Of a stretch of DNA of 64,000 nt, positions 49,065-57,793 are shown in pieces. Both the position numbers and the translations under genes were made by a program. This DNA is from Pseudomonas phage PaBG. The notes beneath the pieces are model-generated. The model worked only from the letters and a program-made list of their open reading frames with translations, made no database searches and had not been told where the DNA came from. Within the stretch, counting starts at the first letter, position 1, and each line of letters opens with the position of its first letter. The stretch lies in sequence record KF147891.1. One strand, given 5' to 3'.

Positions 49065-49388
49065 GGCATGTCCCCTGTTGCCAGATGTGATAAGGACTTA
49101 AATTATCTAGGCCCTTATCAGGTTGCAGCGCGGGCTTGTCAGAATCCGTGTCCTGACTTCGCTAGACACGCTGGTTAATGCAGAACGCCGACCTGTAAAA
49201 GCATCGACGTTCTGGTATTGGCTAGGTGTGCAAACTTTTTGGTGATCTTCGTCACTGTGTTTACACACTTGCTAAACCTCAACTATCAGCGGCACCACTA
49301 TTGCAGACGCTCATCGCTGACGATGCGACATTGTAGCACGTCTACAATAGCAGAGTCAAGCTGGTCAAAAATTGACCAGCTAGCCAAC
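49065..49388. promoter_or_regulatory. 324-bp non-coding region packed with inverted repeats (candidate promoter/terminator hub or replication origin)
   Basis: Perfect AGCTGGTCAA-aaa-TTGACCAGCT. ATTGTAG-cacgt-CTACAAT. CATCG-ctga-CGATG. GATAAGG-16 nt-CCTTATC. Imperfect TGTGCAAAC...GTTTACACA. Largest gap in the window, adjacent to the recombinase gene. Confidence 0.4.
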
Positions 49389-50936
49389 TTACTCGTCGTC
49401 CGCTTCTTCGCTGATGTCATCGGCCTGACGGCCTTTGGTGTTCTCGGCCTTGATCGCCAACTTCAGGAGCTTGTAGCCTTCGCCGGAGCGAACTTGCTTA
49501 CGGCACCATTCGTACAGGCGGAACGGCTTGACCTTGAACTTGGTGCAGCCCTTCTTGATCAGATCGGGCGAACCATCGATCAGTGCCTTGAACTCGATCC
49601 ACGACACGGTCTTGCCTTCGAGCGGACCGGTGAGGAACTTGAGCTTCTTGCGATTGCCGCCGAGCTGCCCAGTGTTCTTGAGGTACTGATAGGCGTCCCA
49701 GACTCGGCAGAAGCCTTTCGCGTTACCATCGGCATCGCTCACGCAGATGCGCAGCGAAATCTCTGCGGCTTGCGGACCGCCGAGCTTGTTCTTGTGCACC
49801 TTGCATTTCAGGTAACGGTACTTGTCAACGCCTTCACCGGTGATGGTGTCTTCTTCCTCGAACTGGCCCTTGGCGTGGGGAACGCTGACCGAGGTCATCT
49901 TGAGGCGGCAGTCAGAGTAGAAACGCAGCGCCTTACCGCCAGGCTCTTGTTCGGTCGGGCCGTACATTGCCATGGGGATGTCACGCAACTGGTTGATGCC
50001 CAGTACGATGATCCGCTTGGAACGCATTGCACCCTTCACGCGCGGCAGGTTTGCAGCGTGCATACGAGCCTGGGCGCCGAGCGACTTGTCACCCTCGTCC
50101 TTATCGTCGGTCTGCTTCGGCACCATTGCCGGGTACGAGTCGACCAGCACGACGGCTTGGGGACTACCGTCGGGCATTTCGATTCGGAACTTGTTGGTCT
50201 TGCGGAAGTATTCCTTGTCGTACACACCGGCGAGTGCTTTCTGGTTCGCTTTGGTGTTCTCGTAGACGCAGTAGAACTTCCCGTTCTCCTGGATTTTGTC
50301 CGGGAGAATCTTTTCGAGCTTGGCGAGGTAGTTGTAGAAGTCCTCGCCGACCGACGGAGCGTAGTAACGAACGCGCGGTTGGATGACCCAGCCTTTGTCG
50401 TCCTTCACGCCGAACACGTTGTCAACGCTCAGACGCTTGCCGTGGTTCATGTAGCGGAAGATGTTCTCGGCGTAGTCGGCCTGGAACGAACCTTCGAAGT
50501 CGTGCAGCGACGCCTTGCCGTGGAACGTGCTGTCGGTTGCGATTGCACCCATGCACGTCGTGGCGAGCGTAGACTTACACGACTGCTCGCCGCCGAAGAA
50601 CGTGTACCAACCACCAGGCAGCAGGCCGCCAGCGAGTGCAACGTCGATGGAAAGCAGGCCAGTGGATAGGCGATCTTCCGATTCGCTAACCGCCATGGAG
50701 GTAAGGCCGAACTTCTTTTCCATGGAATCGATTTCGGCGTCGAGGTGAGCATACGGATCGAACGCAGCTACTGCCGTGTCGCCCTTCTTGCCTTTCTTCG
50801 CGGTACTCACGTCGATTTCGACATCACCGCCCTTGCCTTTGCCGCGCTTGCTCTTTGCGGGAGCGTCGGCTTCGGCCTTTTTCTTCTTTGCCATGTACGA
50901 ATCTCCGAAACGGGAACGGGTGGCCACATCGGCCAC
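49389..50936 (-). CDS. RecA/UvsX-family recombinase with Lys-rich N-terminal extension and acidic C-terminus
   Basis: LSTGLLSIDVALAGGLLPGGWYTFFGGEQSCKSTLATT (compare RecA [36 protein letters not shown]). Walker B AVVLVDSYPAM. N-terminal MAKKKKAEADAPAKSKRGKGKGG. Confidence 0.75.
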   Translation of the reverse strand: MADVATRSRFGDSYMAKKKKAEADAPAKSKRGKGKGGDVEIDVSTAKKGKKGDTAVAAFDPYAHLDAEIDSMEKKFGLTSMAVSESEDRLSTGLLSIDVALAGGLLPGGWYTFFGGEQSCKSTLATTCMGAIATDSTFHGKASLHDFEGSFQADYAENIFRYMNHGKRLSVDNVFGVKDDKGWVIQPRVRYYAPSVGEDFYNYLAKLEKILPDKIQENGKFYCVYENTKANQKALAGVYDKEYFRKTNKFRIEMPDGSPQAVVLVDSYPAMVPKQTDDKDEGDKSLGAQARMHAANLPRVKGAMRSKRIIVLGINQLRDIPMAMYGPTEQEPGGKALRFYSDCRLKMTSVSVPHAKGQFEEEDTITGEGVDKYRYLKCKVHKNKLGGPQAAEISLRICVSDADGNAKGFCRVWDAYQYLKNTGQLGGNRKKLKFLTGPLEGKTVSWIEFKALIDGSPDLIKKGCTKFKVKPFRLYEWCRKQVRSGEGYKLLKLAIKAENTKGRQADDISEEADDE

Positions 50937-50946
50937 CCGCAGTCAC

Positions 50947-52158
50947 TTACTCGTCGTCATCATCCCAGGCAGATTTCTTGCCCTTGCCGGATTTCTTCGA
51001 CTTCTTGTCCTTGGTGGATTTGTCGGACTTGGACTTCTTGCCCTTGTCAGACTTCTTGGACTTCTTCGGAGCTTCGTCCTCGTCGTCATCAGACGATTTC
51101 TTGGACTTCTTGGCCTTCTTCTTGGGCTTGTCGTCCTCGTCATCATCGTCGTCCGACTTGGACTTGGACTTCTTGCCCTTCTTCTTGGGCTTGTCATCCT
51201 CGTCCTCGTCGTCATCATCGTCGCTGAACGCCGGCTTGGACTTTTTCTTCTTCTTGGGCTTGTCGTCTTCGTCGTCATCGTCATCGGAGAACGCTTTGGA
51301 CTTCTTCTTGCCCTTCTTGCCTTTCTTCGGCTCGTCATCGTCACCGAGACTGTAGCCGTCACCGTCGTCGTCATCGTCCGGAGTATCACCGCCGACGATT
51401 TCCATGCGCTTGAAGTCTTCCAGCGCTTGCTTGGCGTCCATGCGGCCGGTGACATCGAGCAGGGTTTCGTCGAGCTTCCAGACCAGATATGCCTTCTCGT
51501 CGTCGGTGAGCGGAGTGCGCTCGTCCTTGTCGATGGAATACTTGTCGGTACCCGGAGCCTTCGGCTTGAACTTGACACGAATGTCGCAGCCGTACTTCTC
51601 GTGCGTCACGTCGAACGCTTTCTTGGCGCCGGACTTCTTGTCCTTGGCGGTGTTGCCTTCGCCGATCTCTTGGATACGGCTCGCCATGGTGGAAGTGAAG
51701 CGGCAGACGCGCACCGGAGTCCAGGACTTCGAGCGGATGTCCTTGAAGCCGGACTTCTTCTCTTCCTTGGTGTGCTCTGCCTTCTTGCGCGGCTCATCTT
51801 CCTGCAGCTCGCGGATGATGGCGTTGCCCAGGTAGAAGAACTCGTAGCGAGCGCTGCCGTCCTTGCCGTGAGTCAGGTCGCAGTACGGGCACTTGACTTC
51901 TTTGCCCTTCGCGTCTTTGCGCGGCTCGCCTTCGTGGTTCGGGTCGAACGCGATGCAGTAGCGCGGGATGGTGATTTCTTTCTTTTCCTTACCAGCAAGG
52001 ATGCTGATCCAGTGACGCTTCACTGGCAGAATCTTGCCGGGCAGGCAACGAATCTGCGACCACTCGTCAGCCGGAAACTTGTGCAGTTCGATCACTTCAT
52101 CCAGCTTGACCGAATCCTTGTTACCGGTGCGTGGTTGGAGAGTTCCAAATCCACTCAT
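50947..52158 (-). CDS. ssDNA-binding protein candidate (gp32-like Zn-binding N-terminal region) with long C-terminal (K-rich / D-rich) tandem repeat tail
   Basis: IRCLPGKILP and C/H cluster VKCPYCDLTHG (compare gp32 IRFLPSK and the Zn site). Adjacent to the recombinase. C-terminal repeats KKSKAFSDDDDDEDDKPKKK. Confidence 0.3.
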   Translation of the reverse strand: MSGFGTLQPRTGNKDSVKLDEVIELHKFPADEWSQIRCLPGKILPVKRHWISILAGKEKKEITIPRYCIAFDPNHEGEPRKDAKGKEVKCPYCDLTHGKDGSARYEFFYLGNAIIRELQEDEPRKKAEHTKEEKKSGFKDIRSKSWTPVRVCRFTSTMASRIQEIGEGNTAKDKKSGAKKAFDVTHEKYGCDIRVKFKPKAPGTDKYSIDKDERTPLTDDEKAYLVWKLDETLLDVTGRMDAKQALEDFKRMEIVGGDTPDDDDDGDGYSLGDDDEPKKGKKGKKKSKAFSDDDDDEDDKPKKKKKSKPAFSDDDDDEDEDDKPKKKGKKSKSKSDDDDDEDDKPKKKAKKSKKSSDDDEDEAPKKSKKSDKGKKSKSDKSTKDKKSKKSGKGKKSAWDDDDE

Positions 52159-52188
52159 GTTAGATAACTCCTGGGTTGAACACGTTAG

Positions 52189-53205
52189 TTATTGACAGTT
52201 TTCCTCTAGGGTGTGCTGGCGCATCAGTGCCAACTCGTCAGGAGTGAAGAACTCACCGATGTCAAGTGTGAGCCTAGCGACGCCTTCCCTATCTACTTCC
52301 TTGGCAAGCAACTGGACGAGCTGTTGCGACTCAAGCCGCTCGAAGTCCTCATCCATGACGTGACCGTCCGACAACGTAGAGTACAGCGTCCTCTCGTCAT
52401 CCTCGCCGGGCTTTTTCAGAGCGTCCAGAGAGACACTGAAATTAACCTCGGAGCTTTCGCCGACGGCTAGCTTACGCTTCTGCGATTGCGGCACGGTGTA
52501 CGCCACGCCGTATTCGTGATCTGCGCTGCAAGTTTGAGCATTGAGCACCCACCAGTTGATGTACGTGGTGAGCGCACCCTTGGACGAGTCGTACTTATCC
52601 AAGGCGACGACCATTGCTTTCAGGATCGATTGCTTTAGGTCGTGGAAGTCCAACTGTTGACCTTGGTTAGAGGTCATGTGGGACTTCGCTTGCGTGCTTG
52701 AGTGCCGCAAGTAGTTGTCTAGCGTCGCTGAACGGAACGCATAGAACTTTTCCAGGTAAGCCGATGCTTGAGTGACGATGCGGTACATGTCCGCACGCCG
52801 CGTAATGCCAGCACCGACATAAGCCATGTCGTCAACGGCCAGCTTGTTTTCATGGCTGGGGTCGACCATGAATCTTTGGTACGCCTGCAGAAAGCCTTGG
52901 TTGTCATCCAGAAAGCGCTTGATGAAACAATGGATGAACGAGCGTTCGATGCGGCAATCGCGGAACGTCCGAAACTTGAACGCACCGTCCGTGTGGGTGA
53001 GCACGGCGCACAGGTTCTCAACGAGTTCTTCGCGCGGGACCGACGACAGCTTGCGCTTGCGGTTCGTTGCGACGATTGTGAGGACGTGGGACACCTGTGA
53101 GTCAAACACGGAAGAGTACAGCATCAAAGGCTCAAGCGCCTTGTAGAGGAGCATGTCCATGACCTTCTGGATTTGTTCCCCAGTAAGGTTCTTGTCCATG
53201 CTCAT
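52189..53205 (-). CDS. sigma-70 family sigma factor candidate
   Basis: ILKAMVVALDKYDSSKGALTTYINWWVLNAQ matches sigma region 2.2-2.4 (GLMKAVDKFD..G.KFSTYATWWIRQAI). The C-terminal region 4 is only weakly recognisable. Confidence 0.45.
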   Translation of the reverse strand: MSMDKNLTGEQIQKVMDMLLYKALEPLMLYSSVFDSQVSHVLTIVATNRKRKLSSVPREELVENLCAVLTHTDGAFKFRTFRDCRIERSFIHCFIKRFLDDNQGFLQAYQRFMVDPSHENKLAVDDMAYVGAGITRRADMYRIVTQASAYLEKFYAFRSATLDNYLRHSSTQAKSHMTSNQGQQLDFHDLKQSILKAMVVALDKYDSSKGALTTYINWWVLNAQTCSADHEYGVAYTVPQSQKRKLAVGESSEVNFSVSLDALKKPGEDDERTLYSTLSDGHVMDEDFERLESQQLVQLLAKEVDREGVARLTLDIGEFFTPDELALMRQHTLEENCQ

Positions 53206-53750
53206 TATCCAAGCAACTCCCGCAGTTCTTTCAACGACAGGTCGGCGTACAAGGTATCGTACAGCTTGATGTTCTGGTCAAGCGGAAGCGTTGGTTCGAT
53301 TCGTGGATCGTTACGTCGCTTCGGTGCGCCCTTTGGGGTTGGCAGGACAAACCCACCGCCGTTTCTAGTTTCAATCATCCTCGCGTAGTGATCGAAGTAG
53401 AGCATGACCCGATCGTGGCGTTCGCGCAACTGCACTTCTTCCTTGATCTTCTCGGCCAGCTTCTCTCGAAACTCCTCGACTTGTGCGCCCTTCTCCTGGT
53501 ACTGCCCGAGGAGCTTGATGTTGTTTGCGTTCACCTGTTCGAGGTTCGCGGCGACGCGCTGATTCTCGGCGATCAACGCTCGCGTCTGCTCGTTGGCTTC
53601 GGCCAGAGACGTAGCAATCCGCGCTTGACCCTCCTGCGCAATTTGCAGTTGAATCTGGAGCGCGGCAATCTTGATGTGCGGATTTTCTTGTGTGTCGCTC
53701 ATGTTCGTGCATCCGTAGTTACAGGTTCTGCTCCAGAGCAATCTTGGCAA
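53205..53750 (-). CDS. hypothetical coiled-coil protein (start probably MSDTQENPH)
   Basis: Heptad-like Q/A/E-rich sequence. Confidence 0.35.
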   Translation of the reverse strand: MPRLLWSRTCNYGCTNMSDTQENPHIKIAALQIQLQIAQEGQARIATSLAEANEQTRALIAENQRVAANLEQVNANNIKLLGQYQEKGAQVEEFREKLAEKIKEEVQLRERHDRVMLYFDHYARMIETRNGGGFVLPTPKGAPKRRNDPRIEPTLPLDQNIKLYDTLYADLSLKELRELLG

Positions 53751-54375
53751 GCGCGATGATGTGCTTGCAGCAGCCTGGTGCCAGACGAGGGTTGGTGAAG
53801 TTGGGTGCTTCGCCGTTGGAGTAGATCAAGCGACTAGCACCGACCGATGCGTTGGCGTACTCGAAGACGTAGACGAAGTTTTCGCAGGTGCACTGTACCA
53901 GCACCTTGTTGTGTCGATTGACTGGTAGCTTGTCGTCGTCACCCATGCCGATGATGTACGTCTCGTGGACTCGGCGCACGCGATTCTGCCGCCAGACATC
54001 GTAGGTGACCATGTGGCCCATGATCACAGGACGATGCGTCTTGGTAAACTTGCGCTCAATCTTCTTGGCTTCAACGTCAACCGCATTGTTGATGAACAGA
54101 CGCGGAGTGGCACGAATCAGTTGACGCAGCGTCATGCCTTTCTTCGACGCAGCAGTCTCAGGCAGTTGTCGGACAGGCATTGCCTCCAAGCGCTTGAGCC
54201 TGTAAGGCATGCCGGACGCCAGACGTTCTTTCCCGGGCCGCTTCGATTTGAACACGACTGCCTTCTTCGACTTCATGCGCTCTTGCGTCTTCTCCGCGGT
54301 GCGCTTGGCATCGGACTTACGCCCTGAGGTGTTCTTGCGACTTTTGGCAAGCGGCTTGTACGGCTTCTTCGCCAT
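53719..54375 (-). CDS. basic protein with C-terminal SWIM-type zinc-finger-like motif
   Basis: CTCENFVYVFEY...CCKHIIA (CxC...CxH). Lys/Arg-rich N-terminus. Confidence 0.35.
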   Translation of the reverse strand: MAKKPYKPLAKSRKNTSGRKSDAKRTAEKTQERMKSKKAVVFKSKRPGKERLASGMPYRLKRLEAMPVRQLPETAASKKGMTLRQLIRATPRLFINNAVDVEAKKIERKFTKTHRPVIMGHMVTYDVWRQNRVRRVHETYIIGMGDDDKLPVNRHNKVLVQCTCENFVYVFEYANASVGASRLIYSNGEAPNFTNPRLAPGCCKHIIALAKIALEQNL

Positions 54376-54376
54376 G

Positions 54377-55102
54377 CTACCTCCGGCTCTTATGCTTGAA
54401 CTTCGTCTGGTTGAAGAACGACTCGGCCTTCTTGACCGTGGCTTGCAGCAGCAACTGGTTGCCGGTCAACAGGCGCGCACGCTTGAGAGTGTCGATAGTG
54501 GTGACCTCGCCGTTGGCTGCCATGAGCGGCGTTTCCAGTTCGGCGTCGAGCGTGCCTGCGTAACGAGTCTCGGCAAGTTCTTCAACCTCGTAAACCAAGC
54601 AGCAGGTGCTCAAGTCAACGATACCGACGCTCAACATCTGCGGACGAATGTCGGTGTAATCGACAGGACCTTCCCACGAGGTAAGGCCGAAGAAAGAGGT
54701 CTCGATCACCTCAGGTTCGCCTGTTTCTGCGCAGGTCGCCTGCTCACGGGTACTGAACGTGGCTTGCTTGTCGCGCAGAATGTCATGCAATACGGCATCT
54801 GGGAAGTAAGTCATCGACTCGAAGATGCGGCGCACCAAGGCACGGTCAGGCGGCGAGAACTTGCCGTCCATGAAAATGTGCAGGAGCTTCCCGTCGAAGT
54901 GCACCAGCTTTATGTAGCGATTGAAGATCGCGGTCAACGCCATGGTCGAATTGAGGTACGCACGCTCGTTGGTGCCCTCAATCAGGAATACGCTTTCGAG
55001 TCCGCGCTTTTGGCTTCTTTTCAGAGCCTCCTCGAACATGTGGTGCGGGAGGGCGAGTTCCCACAGAAGCGGCAGACAGGAAACGTTGGTATCGGCTTGC
55101 AT
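54377..55102 (-). CDS. hypothetical protein (241 aa)
   Basis: Minus-strand ORF. Overlaps the upstream track ORF, so one of the two starts is internal. Confidence 0.35.
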   Translation of the reverse strand: MQADTNVSCLPLLWELALPHHMFEEALKRSQKRGLESVFLIEGTNERAYLNSTMALTAIFNRYIKLVHFDGKLLHIFMDGKFSPPDRALVRRIFESMTYFPDAVLHDILRDKQATFSTREQATCAETGEPEVIETSFFGLTSWEGPVDYTDIRPQMLSVGIVDLSTCCLVYEVEELAETRYAGTLDAELETPLMAANGEVTTIDTLKRARLLTGNQLLLQATVKKAESFFNQTKFKHKSRR

Positions 55103-55775
55103 CTTCTACTATCCCTACGATCTTTGAATTTGGGCGTGCTCGCTGGACCGCGTCCAGAAATATGCACGAGGTGTCGAGTATGCGAGCATCTTCTGGAACG
55201 CCGAGCCCATCGAAAAATGGCTGCAGGTCCTTTACTCGCATACGCGGCAGCGATCCGGTATTCAACCCAACGACCGCTTTGTAGACGACCCCGTCATAGA
55301 CTTCCTCTCGGAATCGCAGGGGCTCATCCTTTATTTGCACTGGAGTGAATCGGTTGTGGGTTTCAAACCCGGCCAGCTTAGCCTGATACAACACGGTAGC
55401 CAGATCGACCACGTCAACAACAAACACTGCCTGACCGTCTGGCTTCAACAGCCGAAGCAAGTGCTGGAAAATCTCCATACGCTGCGTTCGCCAACCAAGA
55501 GGTGACAGTTGGTGAGACGTGGCGAATAGGTCGTACTCAGGATACGCGAACACGAGGTCCAGTGGACGCTTCAAGTGCTCAAGCACGTCGTACAGGTTAT
55601 GGTGAATCACCTTTAGCCGATCGCCGACGAGCAACTGTCTTGGGTTAGTAACTCGGAAGCTGGTACGAGAAACGACCCAGCCGTTGTGCTCACCGCAACG
55701 AGATATTACGGGAACGTCATCGCAGGTGTAGCATCCACAGCTATAGAAGTTGCGCATCGGCCATACGTCCATCAC
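54978..55775 (-). CDS. hypothetical protein (265 aa) with N-terminal Cys cluster
   Basis: CGCYTCDD...CGEH. DLVFAYPEY resembles but does not match the methyltransferase DPPY motif. Confidence 0.35.
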   Translation of the reverse strand: MMDVWPMRNFYSCGCYTCDDVPVISRCGEHNGWVVSRTSFRVTNPRQLLVGDRLKVIHHNLYDVLEHLKRPLDLVFAYPEYDLFATSHQLSPLGWRTQRMEIFQHLLRLLKPDGQAVFVVDVVDLATVLYQAKLAGFETHNRFTPVQIKDEPLRFREEVYDGVVYKAVVGLNTGSLPRMRVKDLQPFFDGLGVPEDARILDTSCIFLDAVQRARPNSKIVGIVEDASRYQRFLSAASVGTRPPAPHVRGGSEKKPKARTRKRIPD

Positions 55776-56233
55776 TTCAACTCAGCTTCCGGCGCATCGA
55801 GGTCATGGTCTGCCGTGATGCCGCCGTCAGTCGTCATCGCGTGCGCAGGCACAACATCCGGGTTTTCTGCAACCACGTTCTTTGCGAACGGGTGCTGTAT
55901 TTCGCCGCGAGAGTACGCCTGCATCTTGGCGACAAAATCTCCGAAGGCGGCAATCACGTCAGGCTTTACTTGCTGGATGGCTTTGATTTCGATGAAGTTT
56001 GCGTCGGCCAGTGTGTAGCCGTAGCCGAGAGAGTCCAGATCGAAGGCAGCCACGAAGCAGTACGTTGGACCGCTGGGGTCTTGGAAATGGACCACTGTGT
56101 ACGTGGCCGAGCGAAACTCCTCGACTTGTGCTTTCAACTCAAGAGCTTGGGCCACCATCTCCCGATGGGTTGGAATCATGTTTTCCCTCCAAGGCGTAGA
56201 GCCTGCGAGTAGAACTTTCGGAAGAGGCTGCAA
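55772..56233 (-). CDS. hypothetical protein (153 aa)
   Basis: Minus-strand ORF. Confidence 0.3.
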   Translation of the reverse strand: MQPLPKVLLAGSTPWRENMIPTHREMVAQALELKAQVEEFRSATYTVVHFQDPSGPTYCFVAAFDLDSLGYGYTLADANFIEIKAIQQVKPDVIAAFGDFVAKMQAYSRGEIQHPFAKNVVAENPDVVPAHAMTTDGGITADHDLDAPEAELK

Positions 56234-56975
56234 ACGTCACCAGATACTGCGACGTGACGGCAGCCGCTATTTGATCGTATGCGTTTACAGTTATTGCCAG
56301 ATGCTTGGCGTCGATGTTCAGCGCCTGTGCCATAGCACTGCAAAGGGCAGTGCGCGTGACGAGCTGTGGCTTTCCGTCCTGCGGCGCAAATCCAGCAACG
56401 ACATCCAGAATTTTCTCACCCTGCGGATGGGCAAAGATGTTGCGCATGATTGCAGAGTTGGACCCATCGTAGATGAGCGACCAAGCGTACTCGTAGGCGT
56501 ACTCCAGCGGTTGAACCAGCTGGTCACCTACAGCACGATCTGGGAACATGCGCAGGCCGAGGTCGTCGATATGGTTGATCAGGGATTCGATGAAGGAGAG
56601 TTCGACACGCGCCATGTCCAAGCACGGCTGTGCGATGATAAAGCGGGCGTCTGTTTCGAGAACAAAAGCCTCGGCCTGCAACTTGTTGGCCTGAGTGTCT
56701 TTGTTGTTCTGATAGTCGCGTATGGTCGCCTTGGCGTTAATCACCTTGGCCTGTGCGCGCTTCTGCTCAGCGAAGGCAGCGGCGATGGCGAACTGTCGGT
56801 CTTCTCGAAGTTCGTGGAGAATGCGATATGCTTCATCGATGATGAAGGCTTGGCCGAAAGACACGGCGTATATTTCGTACAGCGAGTGTTTCCAGTTCAT
56901 GCTTTGGTACCCACCATAAACAGAAAAAGCGCGCCTACTTACTTTCGTGTTGGGCGCGCTTTTTCTATGCTTCAA
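56139..56975 (-). CDS. hypothetical protein (start probably the internal MNWKH, ~56900)
   Basis: Minus-strand ORF. The upstream portion would run through the terminator. Confidence 0.35.
   Translation of the reverse strand: MKHRKSAPNTKVSRRAFSVYGGYQSMNWKHSLYEIYAVSFGQAFIIDEAYRILHELREDRQFAIAAAFAEQKRAQAKVINAKATIRDYQNNKDTQANKLQAEAFVLETDARFIIAQPCLDMARVELSFIESLINHIDDLGLRMFPDRAVGDQLVQPLEYAYEYAWSLIYDGSNSAIMRNIFAHPQGEKILDVVAGFAPQDGKPQLVTRTALCSAMAQALNIDAKHLAITVNAYDQIAAAVTSQYLVTFAASSESSTRRLYALEGKHDSNPSGDGGPSS
56922..56966 (-). terminator. intrinsic terminator (AAAAAGCGCGCC ... GGCGCGCTTTTT), potentially bidirectional
   Basis: Perfect 12-bp arms (8 GC-rich bp plus A/T runs) around a 16-nt loop, just downstream of the Lys-rich repeat protein gene. 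Confidence 0.55.
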
Positions 56976-56995
56976 TCACCGGCGCACGCCGACGA

Positions 56996-57655
56996 TCAAT
57001 CCAGGTCGTCGAAGTCCTCGAAGTCGTCATCCGACTTCGACTTCTTGTCCGCCTTCTTGGACTTCTTGCCTTCGGCTTTTTCAGCCTTGGCCTTCTTGGC
57101 TTTCTTGTCCTTCTTGGACTCGGCCTTGGCCGACTTGTCGGACTTCTTGCCTTCGGCTTTCTCGGCCTTGGCTTTCTTGTCCTTCTTCACCGGCTTGTCG
57201 GCCTTCTCGGCTTTCTTGGACTTCTTGCTGTCGCCCTTGTCAGCCTTGGCTTTCTTGCCTTCGGCCTTCTCGGCCTTGGCCTTCTTGTCGGACTTCTTGC
57301 CTTCGCCCTTGGCCGGCTTGTCAGCCTTCTCGGCTTTCTTGGACTTCTTGCCCTCGGCTTTCTCGGCCTTGGCTTTCTTGTCCTTCTTGGCCGGCTTGTC
57401 AGCCTTGGCCTTCGCCGGAGCGGCGGCGCCGTCAGCAGTCAGCTTCTCGACGGCCTTGATCTGGGCTTGGGTGCCTTTCAGGCTTTCCTGCGCGGTCTTG
57501 AGCGCTTTCTCCAGGGCAGCAACGGTGCCCTTGGCAGCACGTTCTTCCTTACGCAGGCGGGAAACTTCCTGCTTCTTGTTGATGAGTACGTCGTTCTTGG
57601 CCATGTTCTTCGATTCCAGATTTGGAGGAGTAAAGGGAGCTGCTTCTATGAGCAC
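56996..57655 (-). CDS. Lys/Ala-rich repeat protein (histone H1-like AKAEKAEGKKSKK repeats) with coiled-coil N-terminus and acidic DDDFEDFDDLD C-terminus
   Basis: Four to five tandem KKAKAEKAEGKKS(K/D)K units. Probable start MAKNDVLINKK. Confidence 0.5.
   Translation of the reverse strand: MLIEAAPFTPPNLESKNMAKNDVLINKKQEVSRLRKEERAAKGTVAALEKALKTAQESLKGTQAQIKAVEKLTADGAAAPAKAKADKPAKKDKKAKAEKAEGKKSKKAEKADKPAKGEGKKSDKKAKAEKAEGKKAKADKGDSKKSKKAEKADKPVKKDKKAKAEKAEGKKSDKSAKAESKKDKKAKKAKAEKAEGKKSKKADKKSKSDDDFEDFDDLD
57141..57187. repeat. 47-nt intragenomic repeat (copy A) encoding the KAEKAEGKKSK unit
   Basis: gacttcttgccttcggctttctcggccttggctttcttgtccttctt is identical at ~57141-57187 and ~58404-58450. 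A near-identical copy lies at ~57341-57387. Confidence 0.6.
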
Positions 57656-57701
57656 CCGACTTGTTGAGCAACTATGAATTAGCGTGCTCAGATTTTACGA
57701 C

Positions 57702-57728
57702 CGAGACGCAAACTTTGTTTACGCCTCG
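57702..57728 (-). other. 12-bp stem-loop (with two G-U pairs on the minus-strand RNA) in the gap between the polyacidic and Lys-rich genes
   Basis: cgagacgcaaac-ttt-gtttacgcctcg. No strong U-run, so it is a possible processing/attenuation site rather than a canonical terminator. Confidence 0.3.
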
Positions 57729-57793
57729 GGTGACGCTTAGGAAGGTGCGGCCGCTCGCATGTTGCTAGGCCGCGCGCCTACCGGGCCGAGGTA

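Noticed and set aside
49065-49388. Possible tRNA gene around gtcagaatccgtgtcctgac.
   Set aside because: A 5-bp stem with a 10-nt loop lacking the TTCGAAT consensus. No acceptor, D or anticodon arms could be assembled.
54978-55775. DNA methyltransferase call based on DLVFAYPEY.
   Set aside because: The motif is YPEY, not the (D/N/S)PP(Y/F) catalytic tetrapeptide, and no SAM-binding FxGxG motif was found. Left as hypothetical.
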